DNA of 62,072 nt, taken from positions 1-62,072 of the forward strand of contig JBBDYH010000166.1 in assembly GCA_040901795.1 (NCBI GenBank), read 5' to 3'. The DNA comes from Pirellulales bacterium. GTDB taxonomy: Bacteria > Planctomycetota > Planctomycetia > Pirellulales > JALHPA01. The translations under genes and the position numbers were made by a program. The notes below the pieces were generated by a model. The model had not been told where the DNA came from, searched no databases, and saw only the letters and a list, made by a program, of their open reading frames with translations. Positions 31,591-44,458 of the stretch are shown here, in pieces (positions within the stretch are counted from its first letter, which is position 1; each line of letters opens with the position of its first letter).

Positions 31591-33321
31591 ATGTCCGACA
31601 ATTCGTCGCGCACCCTCGTCGAACTCTTCGCTCGCCGCCTCGCGGAGTCGGCCGATCGCGTTGCGTTGCACTCCCTGGCAAACGGCCGCTTCGTGACCCG
31701 CACGTGGCGCGAAATCGCCGTTGACGTCGCGCGGTGGACGTCGGCATTAGCCAGCATGGGCGTCAAGCCAGGCGATCGTGTGATTCAGATCGCTGAAAAC
31801 CGCTACGAATGGATTGTCGCCGAGCTGGCGATTCATCTGGCCGGCGGCGTGCATGTGGCGGTGCACGCCACGCTCTCCGGGCCGCAGATGGCTTTCCAGA
31901 TTCTCGATACCAACGCGCGCGTCGTCTTGCTCAGCGGGTCGGCCGCTGCCGAAGCATTGAGCCAGGCACAGGCCGATTGGCCCGGCGACGTGCAGTTCTT
32001 CTCCTACGAACCCGTTCAAACTGCCATCGGTGGCCGGCGCGTTGACTGGTGGAATGACGTGGTTAGAGGCGCAGGGCAGGTTGCGCCTGTCACGGTGGGC
32101 CGAACGGTGGGCACAGCCCACCCTACACTTGCAGCGGCCGTCAAGCGGACAAAGCCAGACGACCTGGCAACGATCCTCTACTCGTCGGGCACGACCGGCG
32201 AGCCGAAGGGCGTCGTGCTTAGCCACGGCAACCTGGCCTCAAACGCCATCGCCACCGATTTGCTGTTCTTGCCCGGCGAGAGCGACATAAAACTGTGCTG
32301 GCTCCCGCTGTCGCACATCTTCGCTCGCACCTGCGACCTGTACTGCTGGATCGTGCGTGGCTCGGAGCTGGCGCTCGCCGAAAGCCGCGACACGATCCTG
32401 GCAAACTGCCAGCAGTTCCGGCCGACGCTGATCAACGGCGTGCCGTACTTCTTCGACAAGGTGCATCGCCACATCGCCTCGCAGGGCGGCAGTGACGACG
32501 AGCAGCGCGAGCGCTTGCATGCCGCCTTCGGAAGACAACTCCAGATAGCGTGCTCAGGCGGGGCGCCTTTGGCCGATGCGACCGCGGAGTTCTACCAGCG
32601 CCACGGCATACCCCTCGTGCAAGGCTACGGCTTGACCGAATCTTCGCCGGTAATTAGTGTCTCGACGCCCCGCGCGTACAAGACCGGTTCGGTTGGCCGC
32701 CCACTCGAGGGTGTCGAAGTGAAGATCGCCCCCGACGGTGAGATCCTCACGCGCGGACCGCACGTCATGCTCGGCTACTGGAAGCAACCGCAAGCCACCG
32801 CCGATACGATCGACGCCGAAGGCTGGCTGTGCACGGGCGACATGGGCCACGTCGATGAAGATGGCTTCTTGTGGATCACTGGTCGCAAGAAGGAGCTGAT
32901 CGTCACCGCCGGCGGGAAAAACATTGCGCCCGCCTATCTGGAGCGATTGCTGGCCGAAGACCCGCTGATCCTGCAGGCCCTCATCGTCGGTGACCGCCGC
33001 AATTACCTGGCGGCGCTCCTCGTGCCCAACTTGGACACGCTGCAGAGCGAAATCACAGCTCAGGGCACTACCGTGGCCTCGCGCGAAGAGCTGCTGGTCC
33101 ATCCCGATGTGCTGCGGCTCATCCGCGCGCGGATCGAAGCGCGGCTCTCGGTGGTAGCGCACTGTGAACAGATCGGCCGCTTTACGCTTCTAGGCCGCGG
33201 CTTCACCGTCGAGCATGATGAGCTCACGCCGACGCTCAAGCTCCGCCGCAGCGTCATCCAGCAGCATTTCGCCCGCGAAATCGAGGCCATGTACGCCGAC
33301 GAGGGCGCGCCTATTCTATAA
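31591..33321 (+). CDS. Long-chain fatty acid-CoA ligase (AMP-dependent synthetase)
   Basis: YSSGTTGEPKG, QGYGLTE, TGD, GRKKELIVTAGGKNIAP, LTPTLK. Confidence 0.93.
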   Translation: MSDNSSRTLVELFARRLAESADRVALHSLANGRFVTRTWREIAVDVARWTSALASMGVKPGDRVIQIAENRYEWIVAELAIHLAGGVHVAVHATLSGPQMAFQILDTNARVVLLSGSAAAEALSQAQADWPGDVQFFSYEPVQTAIGGRRVDWWNDVVRGAGQVAPVTVGRTVGTAHPTLAAAVKRTKPDDLATILYSSGTTGEPKGVVLSHGNLASNAIATDLLFLPGESDIKLCWLPLSHIFARTCDLYCWIVRGSELALAESRDTILANCQQFRPTLINGVPYFFDKVHRHIASQGGSDDEQRERLHAAFGRQLQIACSGGAPLADATAEFYQRHGIPLVQGYGLTESSPVISVSTPRAYKTGSVGRPLEGVEVKIAPDGEILTRGPHVMLGYWKQPQATADTIDAEGWLCTGDMGHVDEDGFLWITGRKKELIVTAGGKNIAPAYLERLLAEDPLILQALIVGDRRNYLAALLVPNLDTLQSEITAQGTTVASREELLVHPDVLRLIRARIEARLSVVAHCEQIGRFTLLGRGFTVEHDELTPTLKLRRSVIQQHFAREIEAMYADEGAPIL

Positions 33322-33330
33322 TAGGACAGG

Positions 33331-33490
33331 AACCGCAGAGACGCAGAGGAACGCGCAGCAATGGTTTAGCCACAGATGAACTCAGATGAACACGGATCAA
33401 GAGTTGATTAATCGGCTTCATCTGCGTGCACCCGTGTTCATCTGTGGCCAATCTTCCTCTCCTCTCTGTGTCTCAGCGCCTCGGCGGTTT
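33331..33490. repeat. Nested inverted ~9-mer repeat elements
   Basis: Outer AACCGCAGAGACGCAGAG...CTCTGTGTCTCAGCGCCTCGGCGGTT; inner GCCACAGATGAACTCAGATGAACACGG...CCGTGTTCATCTGTGGC. Confidence 0.75.
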
Positions 33491-33513
33491 TAACACCTTG
33501 GGGCAATACAAAA

Positions 33514-35469
33514 ATGAACACTCCCGCCGAGGTCGATCCCATCAACGCCGCACCCGGCCCTGCGCAGAGCGAGCCGCTGGACAATTGTGCCTCATTTGCC
33601 GAAACCGCGCTCACGCTCGGCGGCAAGAGCGAAGAGGAAGCCCGCCGGACCGGCGCCATCGACAAGGCCGATGATCAGGTCGAGGGGCTCTTCGCCGCCC
33701 GCTTTCAGACGATCAACAGTCCGATCCACCGCGCGGTCTGGGAGCGCCGCCTGCCCGTCGAGCTGTTTCAAAGCACTGCCGTCGAAACGCCCGCCGCCGT
33801 CGAGCGCGTCATGCAAGATTCGTTGGCCGTTGTGCGCCGCCATCGCGCGTCGGGCTCGCTGCTGGACGAGCGAGGCAAGATCAGCCGGCTGGTGCTCGGC
33901 GAGCTGGCGACCGCTGGCTACTGGGGTCTGCTCGTCGATCCGGAGTACGGCGGCACGGGCGCGCCGTTCCGTGCGTTCGCGCCGTTTCTGGCGGAGATGG
34001 CCACGCTCGATCCCACGATTGCCGGCCTGGCCAGCGTGCATGGCTGCATCGGCGCGGTCGATCCCGTACGGACATTTGGAAACCCCGAACAGAAACAGCG
34101 ATTTTTACCTAGGCTGGCCAGCGGAGAGCGGCTCTCGGCGTTCGCATTGACCGAGCCAGGCGCCGGCTCCGATTTGACCGCGCTGCGCACGTGCGCCGAG
34201 CTTCGTGGCAGCGAGTTTGTCGTCAACGGCGAGAAGCTGTTCATTACGAATGTCACCCCCGGTCGCACGATCGGCCTAGTCTGCCTGATCGAAAACCGCC
34301 CGGCGGTGCTGGTCATTGACCTTCCCGACGCAGAGAACGAGCACTTTCGGCTCCGCAAATACGGCCTCTACGCGCTCAAGCACACGCACAACCAAGGCAT
34401 CGTCTTCCGCGACTTCCGCGTGCCTGCCGAGAACCTGCTCGTTCCATCGCGCGGCGACGGGTTGACGATTGCCTATCACGGACTGAACCTCGGCCGCGTC
34501 GCCTTGTGCGCCAACGCCAGCGGCACCATGCGCGTGCTCTTGGCGAACATGCTCCCCTGGGCGCACTACCGAAAGACCTATGGCGAGACGATCGCACGGC
34601 GCGAGCTGGTGCGCCGGCGGATTGGCCGGCTCGCCGGTCTGATTGTCGCCTGCGATGCGCTCGTCGAATGGTGCGCGGGTCTATTGGACGCGGGCTACCG
34701 CGGCGAGATGGAGTGCATCATCGCCAAGATCTTCGGCAGCGAGGCGCTCAAGGAGGCCGCGGTCGAATTGTTCATGAAGACACACGGCGGGCGCTCGTTC
34801 CTCCACGGCCACCTCTTCGGCGACAACGTTCACGAGTATCTCGCCCCCTGCATCTACGAAGGCGAAGGCGAGATGCTCGGCATGGCGTTTTTCAAGTCGC
34901 TGGTCAAACACCACGGCACGCGGTTCTTCGAGCCCATCGGCAAGGCTCTGGCCGCCGCCGGCATCAAAAGGCCCAATCCGCTGAATCCCGCGCACGCCTG
35001 GGCGCTGCGCGGCGCGATCGGACCGTACGCAGGTTGGCTATTGTCCGAGAAATTCGCGCGCAAGTCGACGAGCGAGCTGCCGTCCATGCCGACCGGCTTG
35101 CGAGCACATGTCGAGTTCGCCTGCGACTACTTACAAAACTCGCCGCGCACGATCGACCGTGTCATGCGGAAGCACCAGCTCGCGCTGGCCGACCGGCAAT
35201 GCCGGATGTCGTACCTTTCCGGTCAGATCCAAGATGCCGTAGTCATTCTCTGCACCGCATTGTATGCCGCGCGACAGTCGGATGACGTTTTTCGGAACGC
35301 CGCCGATCTCGTCTGCCAAGACCTGACGCGAAAGCTCACCGGCAAGCCCCCGAGCGACCGCTATTTCCGCGCCATCACCCAACTCGGCGAGCGCATCGCC
35401 GACGGCGGTTTTCCGGCTTTGACGGGCATCGATGCGGCGGAGATCATGATGCCGTACGACGGGCAATAA
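33514..35469 (+). CDS. Acyl-CoA dehydrogenase family protein
   Basis: [33 protein letters not shown]. Confidence 0.92.
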   Translation: MNTPAEVDPINAAPGPAQSEPLDNCASFAETALTLGGKSEEEARRTGAIDKADDQVEGLFAARFQTINSPIHRAVWERRLPVELFQSTAVETPAAVERVMQDSLAVVRRHRASGSLLDERGKISRLVLGELATAGYWGLLVDPEYGGTGAPFRAFAPFLAEMATLDPTIAGLASVHGCIGAVDPVRTFGNPEQKQRFLPRLASGERLSAFALTEPGAGSDLTALRTCAELRGSEFVVNGEKLFITNVTPGRTIGLVCLIENRPAVLVIDLPDAENEHFRLRKYGLYALKHTHNQGIVFRDFRVPAENLLVPSRGDGLTIAYHGLNLGRVALCANASGTMRVLLANMLPWAHYRKTYGETIARRELVRRRIGRLAGLIVACDALVEWCAGLLDAGYRGEMECIIAKIFGSEALKEAAVELFMKTHGGRSFLHGHLFGDNVHEYLAPCIYEGEGEMLGMAFFKSLVKHHGTRFFEPIGKALAAAGIKRPNPLNPAHAWALRGAIGPYAGWLLSEKFARKSTSELPSMPTGLRAHVEFACDYLQNSPRTIDRVMRKHQLALADRQCRMSYLSGQIQDAVVILCTALYAARQSDDVFRNAADLVCQDLTRKLTGKPPSDRYFRAITQLGERIADGGFPALTGIDAAEIMMPYDGQ

Positions 35470-35516
35470 AGGGTCGCGGTAAGATCGATTCGGCGGGCGG
35501 TGCCTCCCTAGTCTTT

Positions 35517-36164
35517 TCACTCCAGCGAGACTGCCCAGTTCGAGCCCACCAGATTCCAGTTTTGAAACGTCTGTTGTTCGCGGCCGCGGACCGAAAAGCG
35601 CACACGGATTACCGCTTTGTCCGACTGTCGTTGAAGCACCTCGACGGAGGTCACTTTGGCTTCGAATCGTTCGCCGAAACTGGCGACCAGTGCCGCTCGT
35701 CTTGGCGCCGCCCAGTGTTTCAACCTGCCTCGATGCGATTCGATCACGAATGTCTCGGCAAGCTCCAAATCGCCTGCCAGCCATGCGCTCTGAAAAGATT
35801 CGGCTGCCCCGACCAATGCTTCTGTCTCGACGGCCGGACTGGCCTGGGGATCGCGAAAGATAAGTAGAGGCGGCAGAGCCGCCAGCACCGCGGCCAGAAA
35901 CAAGCCGCCCACGATCACATAAGAGCACGCCGTTTTTCCGCGTGGTTTCGCGCGTTGCGCCGGAGCGATCTTCTTCTCGACAACCGCCGTTCGCACTCCC
36001 CCCACCGGCTTCGGCGCCCGATGAATACCTTCTCTGCCGATCACGACGCGCTTGCGACAATAGGGGCAACGGAGCACGGACCGCATGTGCGACACCGCGA
36101 CACGTCCCGTCCGGCGGCACGCAGGACAATCAAACACAAGCTCCCAGTCCTGGACCTGGCCCAT
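35517..36164 (-). CDS. Hypothetical membrane protein with N-terminal Zn-ribbon
   Basis: CPAC...CPYC, one TM helix and a small C-terminal domain; follows the DUF1559 gene. Confidence 0.65.
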   Translation of the reverse strand: MGQVQDWELVFDCPACRRTGRVAVSHMRSVLRCPYCRKRVVIGREGIHRAPKPVGGVRTAVVEKKIAPAQRAKPRGKTACSYVIVGGLFLAAVLAALPPLLIFRDPQASPAVETEALVGAAESFQSAWLAGDLELAETFVIESHRGRLKHWAAPRRAALVASFGERFEAKVTSVEVLQRQSDKAVIRVRFSVRGREQQTFQNWNLVGSNWAVSLE

Positions 36165-36233
36165 GGCATTCTCAAGCCACCGCGGAGCGGGAAAGGAAAC
36201 TCTCCACAGGGCACGCACGCCCCCGACGGAGAA

Positions 36234-37295
36234 CTAGCGATAACCCGGATGGGGCTTCGGCAGCAGCCGATTGCTGCCGCTTCCGCTGAACCATCGGTTC
36301 GTGGCTTTCCACTCGTTCTTCTCGGGGACGCTGTTGCCGTTCGAGTCAGCGAACAGCTCACTCAAGTTGTTGTACGCGAACGAACCATCCGCGCGGACGA
36401 CGTACCCAAACTCCTCGGGTGTCATGCTCGCCACGTGCCCGTCTGCAAAGACGGCGTTCGCCAGGCCGCGGTGGCGCGCCTCCACCGCGTTGAACCCGTA
36501 TTGAGCGTTGGGCGCCGATCCGCCCGCTTCGCAGCTCATCTCTCCAACGTTCCCCAGCGACGGCTTTCCGTCGGCGCCGAGGTACCACGCGATGGGTGGA
36601 TCGAGACTGTACGCGTGGTTCCCTAACGAGTTGCACCGCTTGGAAGCAAACGAATACGGCTCGCGCCGCGCCTGGGGATAGCCCGAACCCGTGCCCAGGC
36701 TGTCGGCCACCATCACCGTGTGGGCCGTATTCTTCAGCGACGCGTGGTTTATCGGATAGTTGATGTAGGGTGGCGACCGGGGCGATCCGGGCGTCAGCAC
36801 GCGCGCATGACCGAGGAAATGATAGTTGTAGCCGTAACTGCTATCCCGCGAATTGTTGCGTTCCGGCGCATTCGGGCAGATGAAGACGGCGTTTCCAAAG
36901 GGCGTGAAATCATCGTCAAAATCGGCGACGCCATCGCCATCCGGGTCAAGGACATCGGTGTCGAGCGAACCTTCGATAAATGGACCAATCAGCAAGTTCC
37001 AGCGAGGCTGGTCGACGCGGATCGTCTCGTCGTTGAACGTCAGCGAGAAAGGCGGCCCAGGATCGTACCAACGATACGTGGGCAACGCGCCGTTGTGGTG
37101 GTGAGAGTAGTTGAGGATCGCAAGCCCGATCTGACGCAGATTATTCTTGCACTGGATTGTCCGCGCCGATTCGCGCGCGGAGAAGATGGCGGGCAGCAAC
37201 AAACCCATCAGCACGGCGATGATTACGATGACCACCATTAACTCGACGAGCGTAAAGCCCTGCCTTGGCGGCTTCGGGCGGGATGTCGCGTGCAT
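36234..37295 (-). CDS. DUF1559 prepilin-type protein with H-X9-DG motif
   Basis: [24 protein letters not shown]...[18 protein letters not shown]; [15 protein letters not shown]. Confidence 0.92.
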   Translation of the reverse strand: MHATSRPKPPRQGFTLVELMVVIVIIAVLMGLLLPAIFSARESARTIQCKNNLRQIGLAILNYSHHHNGALPTYRWYDPGPPFSLTFNDETIRVDQPRWNLLIGPFIEGSLDTDVLDPDGDGVADFDDDFTPFGNAVFICPNAPERNNSRDSSYGYNYHFLGHARVLTPGSPRSPPYINYPINHASLKNTAHTVMVADSLGTGSGYPQARREPYSFASKRCNSLGNHAYSLDPPIAWYLGADGKPSLGNVGEMSCEAGGSAPNAQYGFNAVEARHRGLANAVFADGHVASMTPEEFGYVVRADGSFAYNNLSELFADSNGNSVPEKNEWKATNRWFSGSGSNRLLPKPHPGYR

Positions 37296-37546
37296 GTTCG
37301 GTTTTCCTTGGTGTAGGGGTTAGCACGGGCCAAAAGGCCCTGGCTTCGTAAAAGGTCTTCGCGGACCGATTTGTGGCGCTAAACAAATTATTTATATGTA
37401 CAAAACTTGAAATTTCGATCACTCAAACTTCAAGAGTTTACCGGTTAGGCGTCACGTGTCAATACGCCCACCCACTTAGAAAAAGACTTTTTAAAATCAG
37501 AGGCGTCTTCCTATGGCCCAAGGTCCTAAAACCCGCTCGACCGCCG

Positions 37547-37575
37547 TTGACTCCCTGGCAGCTTTGGACGATACT
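37547..37575 (+). promoter_or_regulatory. Possible sigma70 promoter for proA
   Basis: TTGACT-17 bp-GATACT. Confidence 0.4.
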
Positions 37576-37686
37576 TCCGTATGCGAGGCGTATTGCGCCA
37601 TCATCGCAGTAAGTCCTTGTTAATTCAGCTCTTATCCATCGTGACACATGGCATACGGCGGGCGTAAAGCCCGCCGCTCGCACGTC

Positions 37687-38961
37687 ATGGCGACCGCCGA
37701 ACAAACCGATCTCGTCACCTACTGCCTCGATGTCGCCAAGCGCGCGCGAGCGGCCAGCGGAGAGCTTGCGCTTGCCAAGGGGGCTGCCAAGATCGAGTGG
37801 CTGAAGCGTTCGGCCGCGCTGCTGCATGAGCGGGCGGACGACATTCTGGCCGCCAATCAGCTCGATGTCGACGCAGCGCCGGGTTACGGTCTTTCCGGTG
37901 CCGCGATCGATCGTCTCAAACTCAACCCCGGTCGCATCGAATCGATCGCCCTGGCGCTTGAGCAAGTCGCCTCGCTTCCCGACCCCGTCGGCGAAGTCAT
38001 CGAATCGAGCATCCGCCCTAACGGCTTACAGATCCTCAAGACGCGCGTGCCGCTGGGCGTGGTATTCTTCATCTACGAGTCGCGGCCGAATGTCACCGCC
38101 GACGCCGCGGCGATCTGCGTGAAGAGCGGCAATGCCGTGATCCTCCGCGGCGGCAAAGAGGCGATGCACTCCAGCCGCGCGATCGCGGAACTGCTCTGCG
38201 AGACGCTGGCCGACATGAGTTTGCCGCGCGATGCGGTACAGCTCGTCAATACAACCGACCGCGAAGCCGTCGGCCACTTTCTGCGGCTGCCCGAATACAT
38301 CGACGTGGCGATTCCGCGCGGCGGCGAGGGGCTGATCCGCCGCGTAACCGACGAGGCCCGCATGCCGGTAATCAAACACTTCACCGGCAATTGCCACGTC
38401 TACGTCGATCGTGCGGCCGACCTCGAAATGGCGGCACGCGTCACGGTGAACGCCAAGTGCCAACGAATGGGGGTCTGCAATGCGGCCGAATCGCTATTGG
38501 TCCACGCCGCCGTAGCCGATCGTTTCCTACCGCTGATCGGCCTTGAGCTCAACGAGCGCGGCATCGAAATACGCGGCGACGCACGAACCTGCTCATTGGT
38601 CCGGCCGGCAAAGCGGGCCAGTGAAGACGACTATGCCACCGAATACCTCGGCCCCACGATCTCCTGCCGGGTGGTCGATTCGCTCGACGACGCAATCGAG
38701 CACATCAACCGCTACGGCTCCAAACACACGGATGCGATCATCACCGCCGATCTGACTGCCGCCCGCGAGTTCACCGCCCGCGTCGACAGCGCCGCCGTGA
38801 TGGTCAACGCCAGCACGCGGTTCAACGACGGCGGCGAGTTCGGCCTCGGCGCCGAAATCGGCATCAGCACCGATAAGTTTCACGCCCGCGGCCCCTGCGG
38901 TCTGAAGGAATTGACGAGCTACAAGTACGTGGTGTGGGGGGACGGACAGATCAGAGAATGA
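37687..38961 (+). CDS. proA: Glutamate-5-semialdehyde dehydrogenase
   Basis: [55 protein letters not shown]. Confidence 0.96.
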   Translation: MATAEQTDLVTYCLDVAKRARAASGELALAKGAAKIEWLKRSAALLHERADDILAANQLDVDAAPGYGLSGAAIDRLKLNPGRIESIALALEQVASLPDPVGEVIESSIRPNGLQILKTRVPLGVVFFIYESRPNVTADAAAICVKSGNAVILRGGKEAMHSSRAIAELLCETLADMSLPRDAVQLVNTTDREAVGHFLRLPEYIDVAIPRGGEGLIRRVTDEARMPVIKHFTGNCHVYVDRAADLEMAARVTVNAKCQRMGVCNAAESLLVHAAVADRFLPLIGLELNERGIEIRGDARTCSLVRPAKRASEDDYATEYLGPTISCRVVDSLDDAIEHINRYGSKHTDAIITADLTAAREFTARVDSAAVMVNASTRFNDGGEFGLGAEIGISTDKFHARGPCGLKELTSYKYVVWGDGQIRE

Positions 38962-39038
38962 CCAATGTCCAATGACCAATGACCAAAAGCGCCGCGCGAT
39001 AAGAATCCTTGGTCATTAGTCATTGGGATTTGGTCATT
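38957..39038. repeat. Inverted heptamer repeat pair (AATGACC / GGTCATT)
   Basis: Four AATGACC-like units, a spacer, then four GGTCATT-like units; the first unit contains the proA stop. Confidence 0.85.
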
Positions 39039-39056
39039 TGAGTCAAGGAGGACTTC

Positions 39057-40166
39057 TTGAGCGACGTTCTCAGCCAGGCCGAAGTCGAGACATTGCTCAG
39101 CGCCATGGAGACGACGACGGCGCCCGCGCGCGCTTCGCTCGCGCGCGATGCGGCGGATCAGCCCGCCGTTTTCCGGCCGCGCGAGAAGGTCACCCCCTAC
39201 GACTTCAAGCGCCCCGAACGCGTCGGCAAGGAGCAGATGCGCGCCCTGCAGACGCTGCACGAAGGCTTCGGCCGCAACTTTGGTGCGGCCCTTTCCGGCC
39301 TGTTGCGGGCGATCGTCGAAGTCAAGCTCACCAGCGTCGACCAGCTCACCTACAGCGAGTTCGTCTTTAGCCTGGAGAACCCGACGTGCTTCAACCTGCT
39401 GCGCGCCGATCCCCTCGAAGGCAACCTGATCCTCGACATCAACCCTTCGATCCTCTACCCGATCATCGACCGGCTTCTGGGCGGCGGCAAAGACTCGGGC
39501 CCGCTGGCCCGCCGGCCGCTCACCGAAATCGAGCTGCGCTTGGTGTCGCGCATCACGTCGCTGTTTCTCGATGAGATGCGACGCGCTTGGGCGAACGTGG
39601 TCGACCTGAACCTCTCCGTCGAGCGCGTCGAGAGCAACCCGCAGCTTGTGCAGATCGTTCCGCCGAACGAAGTCGTGGTGCTCATCAGCTTTGAGCTCAC
39701 GCTGCAGGAGGTCCGCGGGATGGTCAACCTCTGCATCCCGTTCAACAGCATCGAACGCATCGGCAACAAGCTCTCGGCCAACAACTGGCTGGCCTACAGC
39801 CGCCGCGGCGCCACACCCGAGAGCATCCAGCATATCGGCCGCGGACTCAAAGGCGCCCTGATCGAGCTGGTCGTCGAGCTGGCCGAAAGCAAGCTCGCCA
39901 CCGGCGACCTGTTGGGCCTGCGCGTGGGCGACATCATCACCACCGAAAAAGACACGCGCGAACCGCTCAACGTGCTGGTGCAAGGCGTGCCCAAGTACCG
40001 CGCCAAGGCGGGCGCCTTCAAGGGCCGCAAGGCGATCCAGATCGAGCAGACAATCGCCACCGTGACCGGCCCGGCCATCTTCGCGGCCATGCCCCCCGCG
40101 CCACAAGCAGCAACGCAGCAGGCAGCCGCCAACGCCGCCAGCGCATCCGCCGGCAAGAAGAGGTGA
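39057..40166 (+). CDS. fliM: Flagellar motor switch protein FliM
   Basis: CheY-binding VLSQAEVETLL, YDFKRPER, RPLTEIE, ESNPQLVQIVPPNE, C-terminal SpoA domain. Confidence 0.95.
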   Translation: MSDVLSQAEVETLLSAMETTTAPARASLARDAADQPAVFRPREKVTPYDFKRPERVGKEQMRALQTLHEGFGRNFGAALSGLLRAIVEVKLTSVDQLTYSEFVFSLENPTCFNLLRADPLEGNLILDINPSILYPIIDRLLGGGKDSGPLARRPLTEIELRLVSRITSLFLDEMRRAWANVVDLNLSVERVESNPQLVQIVPPNEVVVLISFELTLQEVRGMVNLCIPFNSIERIGNKLSANNWLAYSRRGATPESIQHIGRGLKGALIELVVELAESKLATGDLLGLRVGDIITTEKDTREPLNVLVQGVPKYRAKAGAFKGRKAIQIEQTIATVTGPAIFAAMPPAPQAATQQAAANAASASAGKKR

Positions 40167-40175
40167 CGCGACCAC

Positions 40176-40315
40176 TCTTGTTCCCAGGCTCTGCCTGGGA
40201 ACAAACCGCCCGCGAGGCTCTGCCTCGCAAGCACCGCCAAGCAAGGCGGCGCCACAGAATCACGGCAGGCGGAGCCTGCCCTACAGCCCGTTCCCAGGCG
40301 GAGCCTGGGAACGAG
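40176..40315. repeat. REP-like element (GTTCCCAGGCGGAGCCTGGGAAC family)
   Basis: Inverted terminal hairpins; related copies at 53963-54100, and partial or variant copies at 16537-16580 and 24578-24605. Confidence 0.8.
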
Positions 40316-40325
40316 ACTACTGACA

Positions 40326-40769
40326 CTACGCCAGCGCCGCGATTCGCTCCTTCGCGTGCGCGACAACATTCCGCTCATTCTTAAACGCCAGCCGTTCGAT
40401 CGCCTCGTCGATCGGCAGCCAGCGGGCTTCGAGCACTTCATGATCGTGGTCGGCCACGTTGCCCGAGATGTACCGCATCAGATAGAAGTGCACTTTTTTG
40501 TGAAAGCGGACTCGGCGGCCGCGCGAATCACCCACATACCAATACTCGACCACGTCGAGCGGCTCGACAATCTCCGTCTGCACACCCGCCTCCTCGCGGA
40601 CTTCGCGGAGAGCGGCGGCCTCGGGCGCCTCGCCGTGCTCGATGGTCCCCTTGGGCAATTGCCAGCGACGTTTTTCGCCGACTGCGATGAGCGCAACCTC
40701 TACGCCGCCTTCCATCCCCGCGCGAAACGCCACGCCGCCGGCCGAGAATTGTGCCTCGATGGGGAACAT
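40326..40769 (-). CDS. NUDIX hydrolase
   Basis: LPKGTIEHGEAPEAAALREVREEAG Nudix box. Confidence 0.92.
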   Translation of the reverse strand: MFPIEAQFSAGGVAFRAGMEGGVEVALIAVGEKRRWQLPKGTIEHGEAPEAAALREVREEAGVQTEIVEPLDVVEYWYVGDSRGRRVRFHKKVHFYLMRYISGNVADHDHEVLEARWLPIDEAIERLAFKNERNVVAHAKERIAALA

Positions 40770-40805
40770 GCACCGCCTCCGCCGCTCGTCATACTCAGAC
40801 GTCGA

Positions 40806-41447
40806 TCATTTGCCCGGAGCGCCGCCCAGCGGCGGCGCGAGGCCCAACGCCGCCAATGAAAATGCCGCAATGTGATCCGCAAGCTGATCGGTCGTGTATC
40901 GGCTAGCCAACTCGTCGGCAGGCACGAGCAACCCAATCACATCCCCCGCCAGCCGGTAATGCAGGCATTGACCGATCACGCTGAACGCGATCTGACGCCG
41001 CGTGTGCGGCGGCGTATCCGGCGGAACCGCTTCGCCGACGATCCGCTGCAACAGCTCGAAGTGCGGCCGGAAGTATTCCTCGACCAACTCGCGGCAGGCG
41101 GACGTCGGCTGCACGACTTCGCGCTGCATCAGTCGCACCTGCCACGGCGCCTGTGTGGTGCCGAGCATCCTCGTGAGAATCGTATAGATGAAGCTGCGCA
41201 ACTTGATCGCAGTCGGCGTACCCGCGGGCCATTCGGGCATCGGCGCTTGTTCCGCGCGAAGCTGCGCCGCGCGCTTCACCGTCTCGATGTACAGCCGCTC
41301 TTTATCGCGAAAGTAGTAGTTGACGCTCGCCAGGTTCACGCCCGCCGCCGCGCAGATTTCGCGCACGGTCGCCTTCTGATAGCCTTTCTCGGCAAAGATC
41401 GGCCCGGCGGCGTTGAGCAAGCGCGAAGCGGTGTCGTCGTGGGACAT
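40806..41447 (-). CDS. TetR family regulator with CerR/DUF1956-type C-terminal domain
   Basis: FAEKGYQKATVREICAAAGVNLASVNYYFRDKERLY HTH; REVVQPT...FSVIGQC. Confidence 0.9.
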   Translation of the reverse strand: MSHDDTASRLLNAAGPIFAEKGYQKATVREICAAAGVNLASVNYYFRDKERLYIETVKRAAQLRAEQAPMPEWPAGTPTAIKLRSFIYTILTRMLGTTQAPWQVRLMQREVVQPTSACRELVEEYFRPHFELLQRIVGEAVPPDTPPHTRRQIAFSVIGQCLHYRLAGDVIGLLVPADELASRYTTDQLADHIAAFSLAALGLAPPLGGAPGK

Positions 41448-41448
41448 A

Positions 41449-41464
41449 TCAAACGTTCGTTTAA
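41449..41464. promoter_or_regulatory. Probable TetR operator palindrome
   Basis: TCAAACG-TT-CGTTTAA immediately upstream of the TetR start codon. Confidence 0.55.
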
Positions 41465-41625
41465 AACAAATATACGGCCTCCGATGCCGAGCGGCAAACT
41501 TCGAGCCCGATTCGCTTTACCAACTCTTTGCGGTCGGCTTCGTTTTCTGGTTGAATGAGGGCCTTCACGCTGGCCATTCCTTTTGGTCATGGGCTAATCA
41601 ACGCACCCGTCTCAGGGACACCACG

Positions 41626-44454
<2,829 letters not shown>

Positions 44455-44458
44455 GGCT

